A stretch of DNA of 64,000 nucleotides from Candidatus Saccharimonadota bacterium (lineage in GTDB: Bacteria; Patescibacteriota; Saccharimonadia; Saccharimonadales; UBA10212). Below, piece by piece: positions 1-8,745 of the stretch (position 1 is its first letter; every line of letters begins with the position of its first letter). A model generated the notes under the pieces. That model had not been told where the DNA came from and made no database searches. It worked only from the letters and a program-made list of their open reading frames with translations. Position numbers and translations under genes: made by a program. The DNA is taken from positions 195,777 to 259,776 of the forward strand of contig JALHRM010000001.1 of assembly GCA_022841445.1 (NCBI GenBank), written 5' to 3'.

Positions 1-22
1 AAGAAGACAGGAGGTAAATACA

Positions 23-544
23 ATGGCTCGACTAACAGTAAAACTCACCAGCGTTGCAATCGCTCTCTTAGGAAGCTTTTTCTTGGCAGGAGGCATCGTT
101 TCGGCACAATCAATAACAAACACGGGGCCAGATTCCACAAACATTATCACATTTGAGAATGAAGATAACTGCGAAGTTGAAAACAACAACAATATCGACA
201 TCGAAAACAACAACGAGCAGTCTGCTGAATCCGGCAACGCAGGCAACAGCAGCAACACTTCTGGCGGAAACGCTACTTCGGGCAACGCAGGCAACAGCAG
301 CTCAACAAACGTAGGTGTTGACATTAACAACAGTGGTTGTGACTGTTGCACAACTACAACGACTACGACTCCAACCCCGCCAGCCGGTGGTAGTGGTTCA
401 GGTGTTGTAAAGAGCGCCTCCCAGGTACAGGCTCCAGTGGGTGGTGTTGGTGCTGGTGCTGGAAGTATTAGTTCCGTTATTGCAGCAGCAATAGTTGCAG
501 TAACTGCTGGAACCATCGGTGTTGTTCGATTCGCAAAAAACTAG
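23..544 (+). CDS. Secreted Asn/Ser/Gly-rich low-complexity surface protein (hypothetical)
   Basis: AGGAGG at 9-14 lies 8 nt before the ATG. N-terminal signal peptide (LTSVAIALLGSFFLAGGIVSAQS). N-rich core (NNNNIDIENNNEQSAESGNAGNSS) and a poly-Thr/Pro linker. C-terminal hydrophobic helix plus basic tail (IAAAIVAVTAGTIGVVRFAKN), but no LPXTG. Confidence 0.6.
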   Translation: MARLTVKLTSVAIALLGSFFLAGGIVSAQSITNTGPDSTNIITFENEDNCEVENNNNIDIENNNEQSAESGNAGNSSNTSGGNATSGNAGNSSSTNVGVDINNSGCDCCTTTTTTTPTPPAGGSGSGVVKSASQVQAPVGGVGAGAGSISSVIAAAIVAVTAGTIGVVRFAKN

Positions 545-553
545 ACGTTTAAT

Positions 554-1345
554 ATGCCAAAAAAGCCCGCAAAAAAAATAAGATCAACGAAACTGCCTGC
601 CAAAAAAGCGGGCAGTTTTTCGCTGGTTAAAATTAAGAGAATAAGCACTAAGAAGCAAACTAAACTGGTAATTACTCTTTCACTTCCCAAAATTCAGCCA
701 AAAAAGAAAAAGACCCAAAAAAAACAAGCATCTGCTAAACAACTTTACTCCAGAACTTTAAATGTCACCCTCATAACAATAAGCATCCTTGGTTTTGCCT
801 ACGTAGTAAATGCGCTATATCACCCAGCTCGACCAAAAGCTACAAACGTATCACAACTAACCGTGCGACCACCGGCTGTCGCCACACCAAAAAGTCTTGC
901 GTCATCCGTACCTTTAAGTCTGGAAATTCCTGCCATATCGCTTTCTGCGCCTATATCGGGAGTAGGTCAAAACTCTGATGGCAGCATGGAAGTACCAACT
1001 AATCCCGATATGACCGGGTGGTACACGCTCGCGCCAACCCCAGGAGAAATTGGACCTGCAATCATTGTCGGTCATGTTGACAGCTTGAGCGGCCCAGCAG
1101 TTTTTTGGAACCTTAATAAACTTAAACCAGGTGACCTAGTGCACGTGAAACGCCAAGATGGCTCAACAGCAACTTTCAAAGTGGACAAGCAGGAAATTTT
1201 CCAGCAAGACAACTTCCCCACTGAGCAAGTTTACGGTAACATCGATCACGCTGGTTTACGGCTTATAACGTGCAGCGGTGAGTTCAACCATTTTACTAGG
1301 CACTATTCGCATAATACGGTAGTTTACGCCACATTAATGCTTTAG
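554..1345 (+). CDS. Sortase, class-F-like transpeptidase with Lys-rich N-terminal tail and one TM helix
   Basis: Catalytic-domain motifs read from the translation: IVGHVDS (His), GPAVFWNLNKLKPGD, LRLITCSG (TLxTC-type Cys), NTVVYATL. A TM helix (LITISILGFAYVV) precedes the domain. Confidence 0.75.
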   Translation: MPKKPAKKIRSTKLPAKKAGSFSLVKIKRISTKKQTKLVITLSLPKIQPKKKKTQKKQASAKQLYSRTLNVTLITISILGFAYVVNALYHPARPKATNVSQLTVRPPAVATPKSLASSVPLSLEIPAISLSAPISGVGQNSDGSMEVPTNPDMTGWYTLAPTPGEIGPAIIVGHVDSLSGPAVFWNLNKLKPGDLVHVKRQDGSTATFKVDKQEIFQQDNFPTEQVYGNIDHAGLRLITCSGEFNHFTRHYSHNTVVYATLML

Positions 1346-1362
1346 TGACCTGTTACAATTGA

Positions 1363-1668
1363 TTGATGCAAGCAATTTGGAACAACAAAGTAATCGCCGA
1401 AGCAGCTCGGGAAGAATTGATTTATATCGAAGGAAATTGGTACTTCCCACCCAGTTCAGTCAATACTCAGTACCTGAAAATGAGTGAAACACCATATACG
1501 TGCCCATGGAAGGGCGAATGCCAATATTTTAATGTGGGTGAAGGTGAATTCTGGAATCAAGATGCTGCCTGGACATATCCCAATCCCCTAAAAAGCGCTA
1601 TAGAACGAGTCAAGAAAGACTTCTCTAACTACATCGCATTCTGGCGTGAAGTCTCCGTAAGAGAATAG
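1363..1668 (+). CDS. DUF427 domain protein
   Basis: About 100 aa with the family-typical string YIEGNWYFPP ... TCPWKGECQYFNV ... AAWTYPNP. Confidence 0.7.
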   Translation: MMQAIWNNKVIAEAAREELIYIEGNWYFPPSSVNTQYLKMSETPYTCPWKGECQYFNVGEGEFWNQDAAWTYPNPLKSAIERVKKDFSNYIAFWREVSVRE

Positions 1669-1739
1669 TTTGTAGAAATCACACTCGGCCTCGCCAATAT
1701 TTGCCAACTAGGTAGGTTGTAGGTGTAGGATGTACATAT

Positions 1740-2183
1740 ATGAGTCTCCTTGACATATCTGCCCGAAAAACAATATTTTTTGCAGCAATTTTATCTGTTG
1801 TGCTTCTACTTGCAGTGTTCACGTTTGCCTCGCGTCCAGCCGAAGCGCCGCTAGACAACCAGTCGTTTACAGAGAATGTTCCGGAGGAGCCTGCCGCAGA
1901 AACACCTGCAACAGTGCAAGGATTATCAGAAACGCAGCAAACGAAAACACAGCTCGACGAATCTTGCAGCAGAACCACCAGCGAAACATCGGATCAATCC
2001 GGTTCAGCAGTCACCAACGAATCATCTACAACAGTTAATTGTGAATTAGACGAAAATTCAGGCTCCACCAATGTAAATATTACAAACAACGTTAACCAAA
2101 CTGCAGAGTCTGGCAGTAGCACGGGAACGAGCGGGTCAGCAAGTAACTCAAACCGAAGCAATGTTAATATAAATATTCGTTAG
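1740..2183 (+). CDS. Secreted Asn/Ser-rich protein, paralogue of ORF 23-544 (hypothetical)
   Basis: Signal or anchor helix IFFAAILSVVLLLAVFTFASRPAEA. Shares the block C-E-(V/L)-(E/D)-N ... N(I/V)xIxNNxxQ(S/T)AESG ... NV(G/N)(V/I)(D/N)IN with ORF 23-544. Confidence 0.55.
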   Translation: MSLLDISARKTIFFAAILSVVLLLAVFTFASRPAEAPLDNQSFTENVPEEPAAETPATVQGLSETQQTKTQLDESCSRTTSETSDQSGSAVTNESSTTVNCELDENSGSTNVNITNNVNQTAESGSSTGTSGSASNSNRSNVNINIR

Positions 2184-4366
2184 GCAGTTTCTTCTGAAGC
2201 TAGCATGCTAAGTAACATCAATCCACGTTCGATGTCCTGAACTTGGAAACGTGCCGCAGTCTCGCCTAGGCCAACTTTTATACTGTAGGCATCATCTGGC
2301 ATAGCATTAAACATATCTTCGTCGGTGTAGTCGTCTCCAATGCCGAGAACAAAGTCGGCCGGGTTGGATTCAATTTTCTTACGTATGGCTGAACCTTTGG
2401 TGATATGTTTGGGTTTTATTTCAATAATTTTATTGCCGCTGTAAACTCCTACATCCTTACCAGCTACCACGTTTAATTCGTGCTTCAACACACTCCTGCG
2501 AGCATAAGCTAGTTCGGTTGGCACATTGCGGTAATGCCACACCAACGCCTTGCTTTTCTCTTCTATTCTTGAACCGGGTGTTCTTTCGGTGAAGCGTTCT
2601 AATATCGGCAGCAGACATTTTTTATCCTGTTCGAAGTCGTAATCCTCATGTCGCCAAGCACCATCATGCTTTATCCAGGCACCATGTTCGGCAACTAACG
2701 ATAATGGAAGATGCCCAAACCATTCCTCAAGTGCCTGATAGGTACGGCCACTGACAATTGAAACAACGTTCCGAGGATCATCAGTAAGTCTTTTTAAAAG
2801 TTTTACAAGACTTTTAGGCGGCGCGGCAAATAGTGGTTCATGCCGGGATACGAATGGACGAAGCGTACCATCATAATCAAGTAACAATAGTCGTTTCTTG
2901 GCTTTTTTGAATGCTAGCACCACTTCAACTAACTGCTTAGATGACAGTAACTTCTTACCCTCTTGAGCCTGCAAGCTTTTAATATTCTGCAGTTGCTCTA
3001 AAAAGTCAGTTGTCCAACGTTCTACATCATAACGAGCAAGCCGACGGCGCATAACACTTAGCCGCTCAGCCTGCTCTTTTTTTGTCATACGGAGCGCACG
3101 TTTAATAGCGTTTGCTACTGCCGAAGTATCGTTGGGATTTATGCGAAGAGCTTCAGGCAGTTCGTCAATGGCGCCCGTCATTTCACTCAGTATCAGAACG
3201 CCAATATCCTTTTGTTTGGATGCCACAAATTCTTTGGCGACTAAGTTCATGCCGTCACGAATGGGCGTCACAAGTGCTACGTCAGATGCTGCATAAAGCG
3301 CCACCAGTTCGTCAAAAGGCAGATTCTTAAATTGGTAAGATATCGGGGTCCAATCAACCGTTGCGTACGTACCGTTAATTCTGCTTACTGCCTGTTCTAC
3401 TTTTTCGCGTAAATCTCGATAAGCATCCACCTCCACGCGCGACGGAACAGCGACGATAATCATTACGGATTTTTTTACATAGGATGGATTTTCTTTTAGG
3501 AAATGTTCAAACGCTTCTAGGCGTTTTAGTATGCCTTTGGAATAGTCTAAGCGATCAACTGACAGTATTATTTTTTGTTTTTTATAGTGGTCTTTAAGTT
3601 CATTTTTGCGTTTCTGAATTTGTCTACTTAAAGCGGCATCCTTAAATTTTTGGTAATCAATGCTTATCGGGAATGAATCCGCCTTAACATTCCTTATGCC
3701 GGTATTAATAATTCCGCTGGAATTTTCCATACCAAGAGTACGGAGCGCAGTCGTCATAAAGTGACGCGCATAGTCATAGACATGGAACCCCAACAAATCA
3801 GCACCGACTAGCCCCGATGCTATTTCCTTGCGGTTCGGAAGCAACCGAAATAATTCATATGACGGAAACGGAATGTGTAGAAAAAATCCGATTGTAGCAT
3901 CAGGCCGAGAGCGCCGAAGCATCGAGGGGAGCAACATAAGATGATAGTCATGCACCCACACTACACTATCCACATTCATACACTGAGTGACGGCTTTTAG
4001 AAAAATTTTATTAACGTCTTTGTAGGCGTTCCAGTAGTCTTTACTGTACTTAGCAAAAGAGTGAAAATAGTGAAACAGAGGCCACAATGTATTGTTGCAA
4101 TAGCCATCGTAAAAATTTTTAACTTCCTCGGTTGTTAGATAAACTGGAAAGTAGCCCATGCCGATAAGCTTCTTCGTAATCAGTCGCTTTTCGGCAGAAG
4201 TAAGGTCGTCTGATGCGATCCCAGGCCACCCAATCCACAATTGTTTTGGTATAGACCCACCAACCGACGCCATAGCCGTTGCCAGGCCTCCGGGACTGGA
4301 GGTAAACACTAGCTTGCCATCTTGCCGAGAAACCGTAACTGGCAAACGGTTTGAAACAATAATCAA
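2180..4366 (-). CDS. otsA: Bifunctional trehalose-6-phosphate synthase (GT20) / trehalose-6-phosphate phosphatase (HAD) fusion
   Basis: N-terminus IIVSNRLPV and HDYHLMLLP are typical of OtsA/TPS. The C-terminal 250 aa carry HAD motif I LLLLDYDGTL and GDDYTDEDMF. TTG start. Confidence 0.85.
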   Translation of the reverse strand: MIIVSNRLPVTVSRQDGKLVFTSSPGGLATAMASVGGSIPKQLWIGWPGIASDDLTSAEKRLITKKLIGMGYFPVYLTTEEVKNFYDGYCNNTLWPLFHYFHSFAKYSKDYWNAYKDVNKIFLKAVTQCMNVDSVVWVHDYHLMLLPSMLRRSRPDATIGFFLHIPFPSYELFRLLPNRKEIASGLVGADLLGFHVYDYARHFMTTALRTLGMENSSGIINTGIRNVKADSFPISIDYQKFKDAALSRQIQKRKNELKDHYKKQKIILSVDRLDYSKGILKRLEAFEHFLKENPSYVKKSVMIIVAVPSRVEVDAYRDLREKVEQAVSRINGTYATVDWTPISYQFKNLPFDELVALYAASDVALVTPIRDGMNLVAKEFVASKQKDIGVLILSEMTGAIDELPEALRINPNDTSAVANAIKRALRMTKKEQAERLSVMRRRLARYDVERWTTDFLEQLQNIKSLQAQEGKKLLSSKQLVEVVLAFKKAKKRLLLLDYDGTLRPFVSRHEPLFAAPPKSLVKLLKRLTDDPRNVVSIVSGRTYQALEEWFGHLPLSLVAEHGAWIKHDGAWRHEDYDFEQDKKCLLPILERFTERTPGSRIEEKSKALVWHYRNVPTELAYARRSVLKHELNVVAGKDVGVYSGNKIIEIKPKHITKGSAIRKKIESNPADFVLGIGDDYTDEDMFNAMPDDAYSIKVGLGETAARFQVQDIERGLMLLSMLASEETA

Positions 4367-4492
4367 TTGTTTGTCTTTGATGGCACTCCCTCCGGTTTAG
4401 CCTATACGTATTTTACCTCTTTAAAGTGTTTATGCGGATGACAACCTCCGTATTCACTCTTTGAGCTGCTACTATTAATAACGGTAATACCG

Positions 4493-5659
4493 ATGAATCT
4501 TTTAGACTTTTTTATACTTTTTATACTTTTTTTAGAAGCCCAGCGCGGAGCCGCGATAGGGCTTATACGAAGCGTATTTTCGCTTGGCGGATTTATCTTG
4601 GGCTTGATTCTGGGTGCATTGCTTGGACCATTTATAGTCGATTTATTCGAGGGTGAGCTACTCAAGTTAATTATTACGTTACTTATTTTATTTGTTTTGG
4701 CGCTGGGAGGTGGACTTTTTGGGCGATACCTTGGCGAAAAGTTATCAAAATATACCGTAAATCTGCATATCAAACGTATAGATAAGTTTTTAGGTGCGTT
4801 ATTTAGTATGATTGTGGCGCTGTTTATCATATGGCTTCTTAGCACAATGCTGGGTGGCGGACCTTCTCAGGCACTTAATAGGCAGTTGCAGTCATCAAAA
4901 ATCATCGGCTTTTCGGACACTGTTTTTCCGCCTGCACCAGCCGTTTTGGATCGAATTTCACGAATCCTTGGGCCGAGCGGCTTCCCCACTGTGTTTATTG
5001 GGCGTGAACCGCTGCCGGCAGAGCCAGTCAAAACGGCAACCAGAGAGCAAGTCAGCCAGGCGCTTGCAGCAGCTGGTGATTCAACGGTAAAAATTGAAAG
5101 TGCTGGCTGCGGAGGATTACTGTTCGGGTCCGGATTTGTGGCCGCGAAAGATTATGTGGTTACAAACGCTCATGTCGTTGCCGGTGTTCGAAGCCCAACG
5201 ATTGTTGACGACAATGGTCGGCATCGTGCCACCACCGTATATTTCAATCCCTCGCTTGATATTGCAGTTTTAAAGACAAATAATCTAGCGGGTGAGCCAC
5301 TAAGTATTGAAGCAACAGCATTACCACGTGGAACTGTGGCAGTAGTGATTGGCTACCCTGGCGGACGCCCTCTCGAAGCCAGCTCTGGCGGACTGCGGCG
5401 ACAAATTACGGCCATTGGGCGTGATATTTATGGAGAAAAGCGAACCGAACGTGATATTTATGAAATCCAGGCAGAAATAGAAGAAGGCAATTCCGGTGGG
5501 CCCCTTATTAGACCTGATGGAACGGTAATTGGAGTTCTGTTTGCTCGATCTGAAACGTTCCAAAACACCGGCTACGCCGTTACGTCTCAGGCTATCGGCC
5601 CGGCGCTCGCCCAAGCCAAAAAATCCGCCGAAGTATCCACTCAAACCTGCGTTCGATAG
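4493..5659 (+). CDS. CvpA-family membrane domain fused to an S1/trypsin-like serine protease (MarP-like)
   Basis: Four N-terminal TM helices, then a chymotrypsin-fold signature: VVTNAHVV (His), DIAVLK (Asp), GNSGGPL (Ser). Confidence 0.8.
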   Translation: MNLLDFFILFILFLEAQRGAAIGLIRSVFSLGGFILGLILGALLGPFIVDLFEGELLKLIITLLILFVLALGGGLFGRYLGEKLSKYTVNLHIKRIDKFLGALFSMIVALFIIWLLSTMLGGGPSQALNRQLQSSKIIGFSDTVFPPAPAVLDRISRILGPSGFPTVFIGREPLPAEPVKTATREQVSQALAAAGDSTVKIESAGCGGLLFGSGFVAAKDYVVTNAHVVAGVRSPTIVDDNGRHRATTVYFNPSLDIAVLKTNNLAGEPLSIEATALPRGTVAVVIGYPGGRPLEASSGGLRRQITAIGRDIYGEKRTERDIYEIQAEIEEGNSGGPLIRPDGTVIGVLFARSETFQNTGYAVTSQAIGPALAQAKKSAEVSTQTCVR

Positions 5660-5681
5660 AGTGGTATACAATTGATGTAAT

Positions 5682-5842
5682 GCACTCATTCCAAAACCCC
5701 TTTCCGGCTAAAAACTACACCTTGTGGGCTGCAAAGTCTGGAATACTTGTTACCGTAACTATAGTTACGCTTCCTTGCATTTCCGACTTTTCGCTCCACA
5801 ATCAGCAATTTTCAGCACAAAAGCAGGTTTTGGAATGAGTGC
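5682..5842. repeat. Perfect 17-bp inverted repeat (GCACTCATTCCAAAACC / GGTTTTGGAATGAGTGC) with a 127-nt spacer
   Basis: Arms at 5682-5698 and 5826-5842 are exact reverse complements. The right arm contains the ATG at 5835 of the pgl ORF. Confidence 0.9.
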
Positions 5843-6512
5843 CATGAAGTTTGTAAAGGTTGCCTCCTCCAGGCCTGTGGTTGATTACCTGACAGGTGTT
5901 TTGAACACAAAACTCGAAGAGGGGGTCAAAACATTATGGCTAGTGCCGGGTGGTTCGGCGATCAGCATTGCCGTCGAGGTGGGCAAACAAATTGCCGGAC
6001 ACCATAACATCGGCATGTTATCGGTCACACTCACTGACGAACGGTATGGACCCATCGGACACAAGGACTCCAACTGGGCTCAACTGCAAGCATCTGGTTT
6101 TGACCTAGTTGGCGCTCGGCTCGTGCCCGTACTGGATGGATCCGACAGAAACACCACAACCGAAGTATTCGGCAAAAATCTTCAAGAACTACTTGGTGAA
6201 TCGACATACAAAATCGGGCTCTTCGGAATCGGTGCCGATGGTCATACGGCAGGCATTTTACCTGATACTACTGCCGTATTCGACCCAAGTCTGACCAGTA
6301 GTTACGCAACAGGAAATTTCGAACGTATTACCATAACCCCAAAAGCCATTGGACAATTAAATGAGGTGGTGGTTTATGGTGTTGGGGAAGCAAAATGGCC
6401 TGTATTTGACGACCTGGGTAATGAAATTGAAATTTCCGCCCAACCAGCTCAAGCACTTAAATCTGTTCCTGAATTAACCATATTTAATGATCATAAGGAG
6501 GATGTCGAATGA
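5835..6512 (+). CDS. pgl: 6-phosphogluconolactonase
   Basis: GLFGIGADGHTAGILP motif. First gene of a pgl-gnd-zwf operon with overlapping stop and start codons. The ORF-track start at 5724 adds a non-conserved Cys/Tyr-rich extension, so ATG 5835 or 5844 is preferred. Confidence 0.8.
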   Translation: MSAMKFVKVASSRPVVDYLTGVLNTKLEEGVKTLWLVPGGSAISIAVEVGKQIAGHHNIGMLSVTLTDERYGPIGHKDSNWAQLQASGFDLVGARLVPVLDGSDRNTTTEVFGKNLQELLGESTYKIGLFGIGADGHTAGILPDTTAVFDPSLTSSYATGNFERITITPKAIGQLNEVVVYGVGEAKWPVFDDLGNEIEISAQPAQALKSVPELTIFNDHKEDVE

Positions 6513-7411
6513 AAATTGCCATAGCCGGTTTAGGAAGAATGGGGATGCAAATAGCTCGCAAACTATGCGAAGGAGGGCACGAAGTAATTGCCCATAACCG
6601 CAGTGCCGAAGCAGTTGATGAAGCCGTTTCTTACGGAGCAAGCGCAGCATACAAAAAAGAAGATGTTGTAAGCGCTTTTGGGGGAGACCCAGTAGCACTC
6701 TGGCTAATGATACCTGCCGAAGCAGTTGACGAAGAACTTGATGCATGGCTCAATCTACTTCCGAAAAATAGCATTATCATTGATGGGGGAAATTCGGACT
6801 TTCGGTTGACAAAAAAGCGCTCCGAAAAGGTACAAGAGGCTGGCATGAGCTTGCTTGATGTTGGCACCAGCGGAGGTGTCTGGGGGTATAAGAACGGCTT
6901 TTCCATGATGGCCGGCGGTGACAAAACGGTATTTACGTCTGTTGAACCAGCACTGAAGACACTGGCGCTACCCTCGGGTGCCTACAATCACTTCGGACCT
7001 AGCGGCTCGGGTCATTATGTGAAAATGGTTCACAATGCTATCGAATATGGCATGATGCAAAGTTTGGCAGAGGGCTACCGTATGCTTAAGGAGGGGGCGT
7101 ACGAAAGTATCGATCTGGCTGCAGCTGGCGAAGTTTGGCAGCATGGCAGCGTTGTTACATCATGGCTCAACGAACTAAGCCAGGCAGCCCTGAGTGAAAA
7201 TCCAGAACTAGAAGGAATTGACGGCTACGTAGCCGAGTCCGGTGAAGCCCGCTGGACACTGGAAACCGCTCGGGAACTTGGCATTCCCTTACCTGCAATA
7301 CAGACGGCTTTTGACGTACGGCTAGCTTCGCAAAAAGGCGAAACCAGCTTTACCACTAAACTACTCGCCGCAATGCGAAATAAATTCGGCGGACACCAGA
7401 TAAACAAGTAA
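6509..7411 (+). CDS. gnd: 6-phosphogluconate dehydrogenase, short (about 300 aa) decarboxylating type
   Basis: Rossmann motif MKIAIAGLGRMG. VHNAIEYGMMQSLAEGY is typical of 6PGDH. ATGA overlap with pgl. Confidence 0.8.
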   Translation: MKIAIAGLGRMGMQIARKLCEGGHEVIAHNRSAEAVDEAVSYGASAAYKKEDVVSAFGGDPVALWLMIPAEAVDEELDAWLNLLPKNSIIIDGGNSDFRLTKKRSEKVQEAGMSLLDVGTSGGVWGYKNGFSMMAGGDKTVFTSVEPALKTLALPSGAYNHFGPSGSGHYVKMVHNAIEYGMMQSLAEGYRMLKEGAYESIDLAAAGEVWQHGSVVTSWLNELSQAALSENPELEGIDGYVAESGEARWTLETARELGIPLPAIQTAFDVRLASQKGETSFTTKLLAAMRNKFGGHQINK

Positions 7412-7413
7412 TT

Positions 7414-8745
7414 ATGTCACTTAACGCCTTACCACCCACACTTCTGATAATTATTGGCATAACAGGAGATTTAGCGCATCGAAAATTACTTCCTGCCTTA
7501 GCTGAAATTGTTCGAACAGGGCATCAACCTGAAATGTTTAAGGTGATTGGCGTTAGTAGGAGTTCTGTCACCCCCGAAGACATCTTCAGTAAAACCAACA
7601 CCGAAGATGTTAGAAATTCCTTGCAGGGAGTGCTTGAAACGTATCAACTTGATTTGGACGATACAGATCAATACAAGAAGTTTGGGGAATACCTTTCAGG
7701 CTACGATGCCAACTTTGGGCAAGACGCCCAAAGATTGTTCTACTTGTCCGTCCCCCCAACTGTTTCCCGGTCTATTATTGAAAATTTAAGCAAATCAGGC
7801 ATCGCGACAGACAAACAAACTAAATTACTACTCGAAAAACCGTTTGGCACGGATGCTGTATCAGCCAGTGAACTCATTAAAACAACGAATCAATTATTTG
7901 ATGAAAGCCAATTGTATCGAATTGATCACTTTTTGGCGAAGGAAATGGCACAAAATATACTAGTATTCCGAAGTGGTAATTCCCTATTCAAGCGTACATG
8001 GAACAAAGACTTTATCGAAAAAATCGAGATCATCGCCAGTCAATCTATTGGTATCGAAGGCAGGGCAGTCTTTTACGAGCAAACTGGTGCGCTGCGAGAC
8101 TTGGTACAGAGCCATTTACTGCAACTCGCTGCGTTGGTACTTATGGACCTACCCGCTAAAGACGAATGGGACCAAGTTGCCAAGCTACGGCTTGATGCCC
8201 TACGAAACCTTAAGTCCGACAATACGGCTGTACGTGGGCAATACGATGGCTATAAGCAAGAGGTTGGCAATCTAAAAAGCAATGTCGAGACCTATGCTTC
8301 GCTGACTTTGTTTTCTGACGATGACGACTGGCTTGGTGTGCCGATAACACTCACAACTGGCAAAGCGCTCGAAAAGACATTTACTGAAATTTGCATCCAC
8401 TATAACCAGGAAGAATCCAGCGAATCCAATCGTCTTGTGCTGCGCATCCAACCAAATGAAGGTATAGAGGTCTACCTATGGAGCAAGCGACCAGGTTTTG
8501 AGCATAAACTTGATAAAGTAACGCTAGATTTTACATATGATGAGCATTTTAGTGACTTACCCGACGCATATGAGCGTGTATTAGTTGACGCCATTAAATC
8601 AGACCACAGCCTCTTTGCCAGCAGTGACGAAGTCATCGCTTCGTGGCGGATTCTAACACCCATACAAGAAGCCTGGAGTAAAAATAGCGATGATCTAATT
8701 ATCTATAAACCTGGCTCCAAAGCTGAAGAGTTGAGACCGAACTAG
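7414..8745 (+). CDS. zwf: Glucose-6-phosphate 1-dehydrogenase
   Basis: GITGDLAHRKLLPAL (NADP site) and YRIDHFLAKE (RIDHYLGKE active-site signature). Confidence 0.9.
   Translation: MSLNALPPTLLIIIGITGDLAHRKLLPALAEIVRTGHQPEMFKVIGVSRSSVTPEDIFSKTNTEDVRNSLQGVLETYQLDLDDTDQYKKFGEYLSGYDANFGQDAQRLFYLSVPPTVSRSIIENLSKSGIATDKQTKLLLEKPFGTDAVSASELIKTTNQLFDESQLYRIDHFLAKEMAQNILVFRSGNSLFKRTWNKDFIEKIEIIASQSIGIEGRAVFYEQTGALRDLVQSHLLQLAALVLMDLPAKDEWDQVAKLRLDALRNLKSDNTAVRGQYDGYKQEVGNLKSNVETYASLTLFSDDDDWLGVPITLTTGKALEKTFTEICIHYNQEESSESNRLVLRIQPNEGIEVYLWSKRPGFEHKLDKVTLDFTYDEHFSDLPDAYERVLVDAIKSDHSLFASSDEVIASWRILTPIQEAWSKNSDDLIIYKPGSKAEELRPN

Noticed and set aside
4402-4845. 147-aa minus-strand ORF overlapping the start of the CvpA-protease gene
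   Set aside because: It is antisense to a gene with clear TM and protease motifs. The product is a Ser/Pro/Lys/Ile-rich low-complexity sequence. I treat it as a shadow ORF.
5724-5834. N-terminal 37-aa extension of the pgl ORF (GTG start at 5724)
   Set aside because: The extension (MGCKVWNTCYRNYSYASLHF...) is not lactonase-like and spans the intergenic inverted-repeat element. ATG 5835 or 5844 gives a normal N-terminus.
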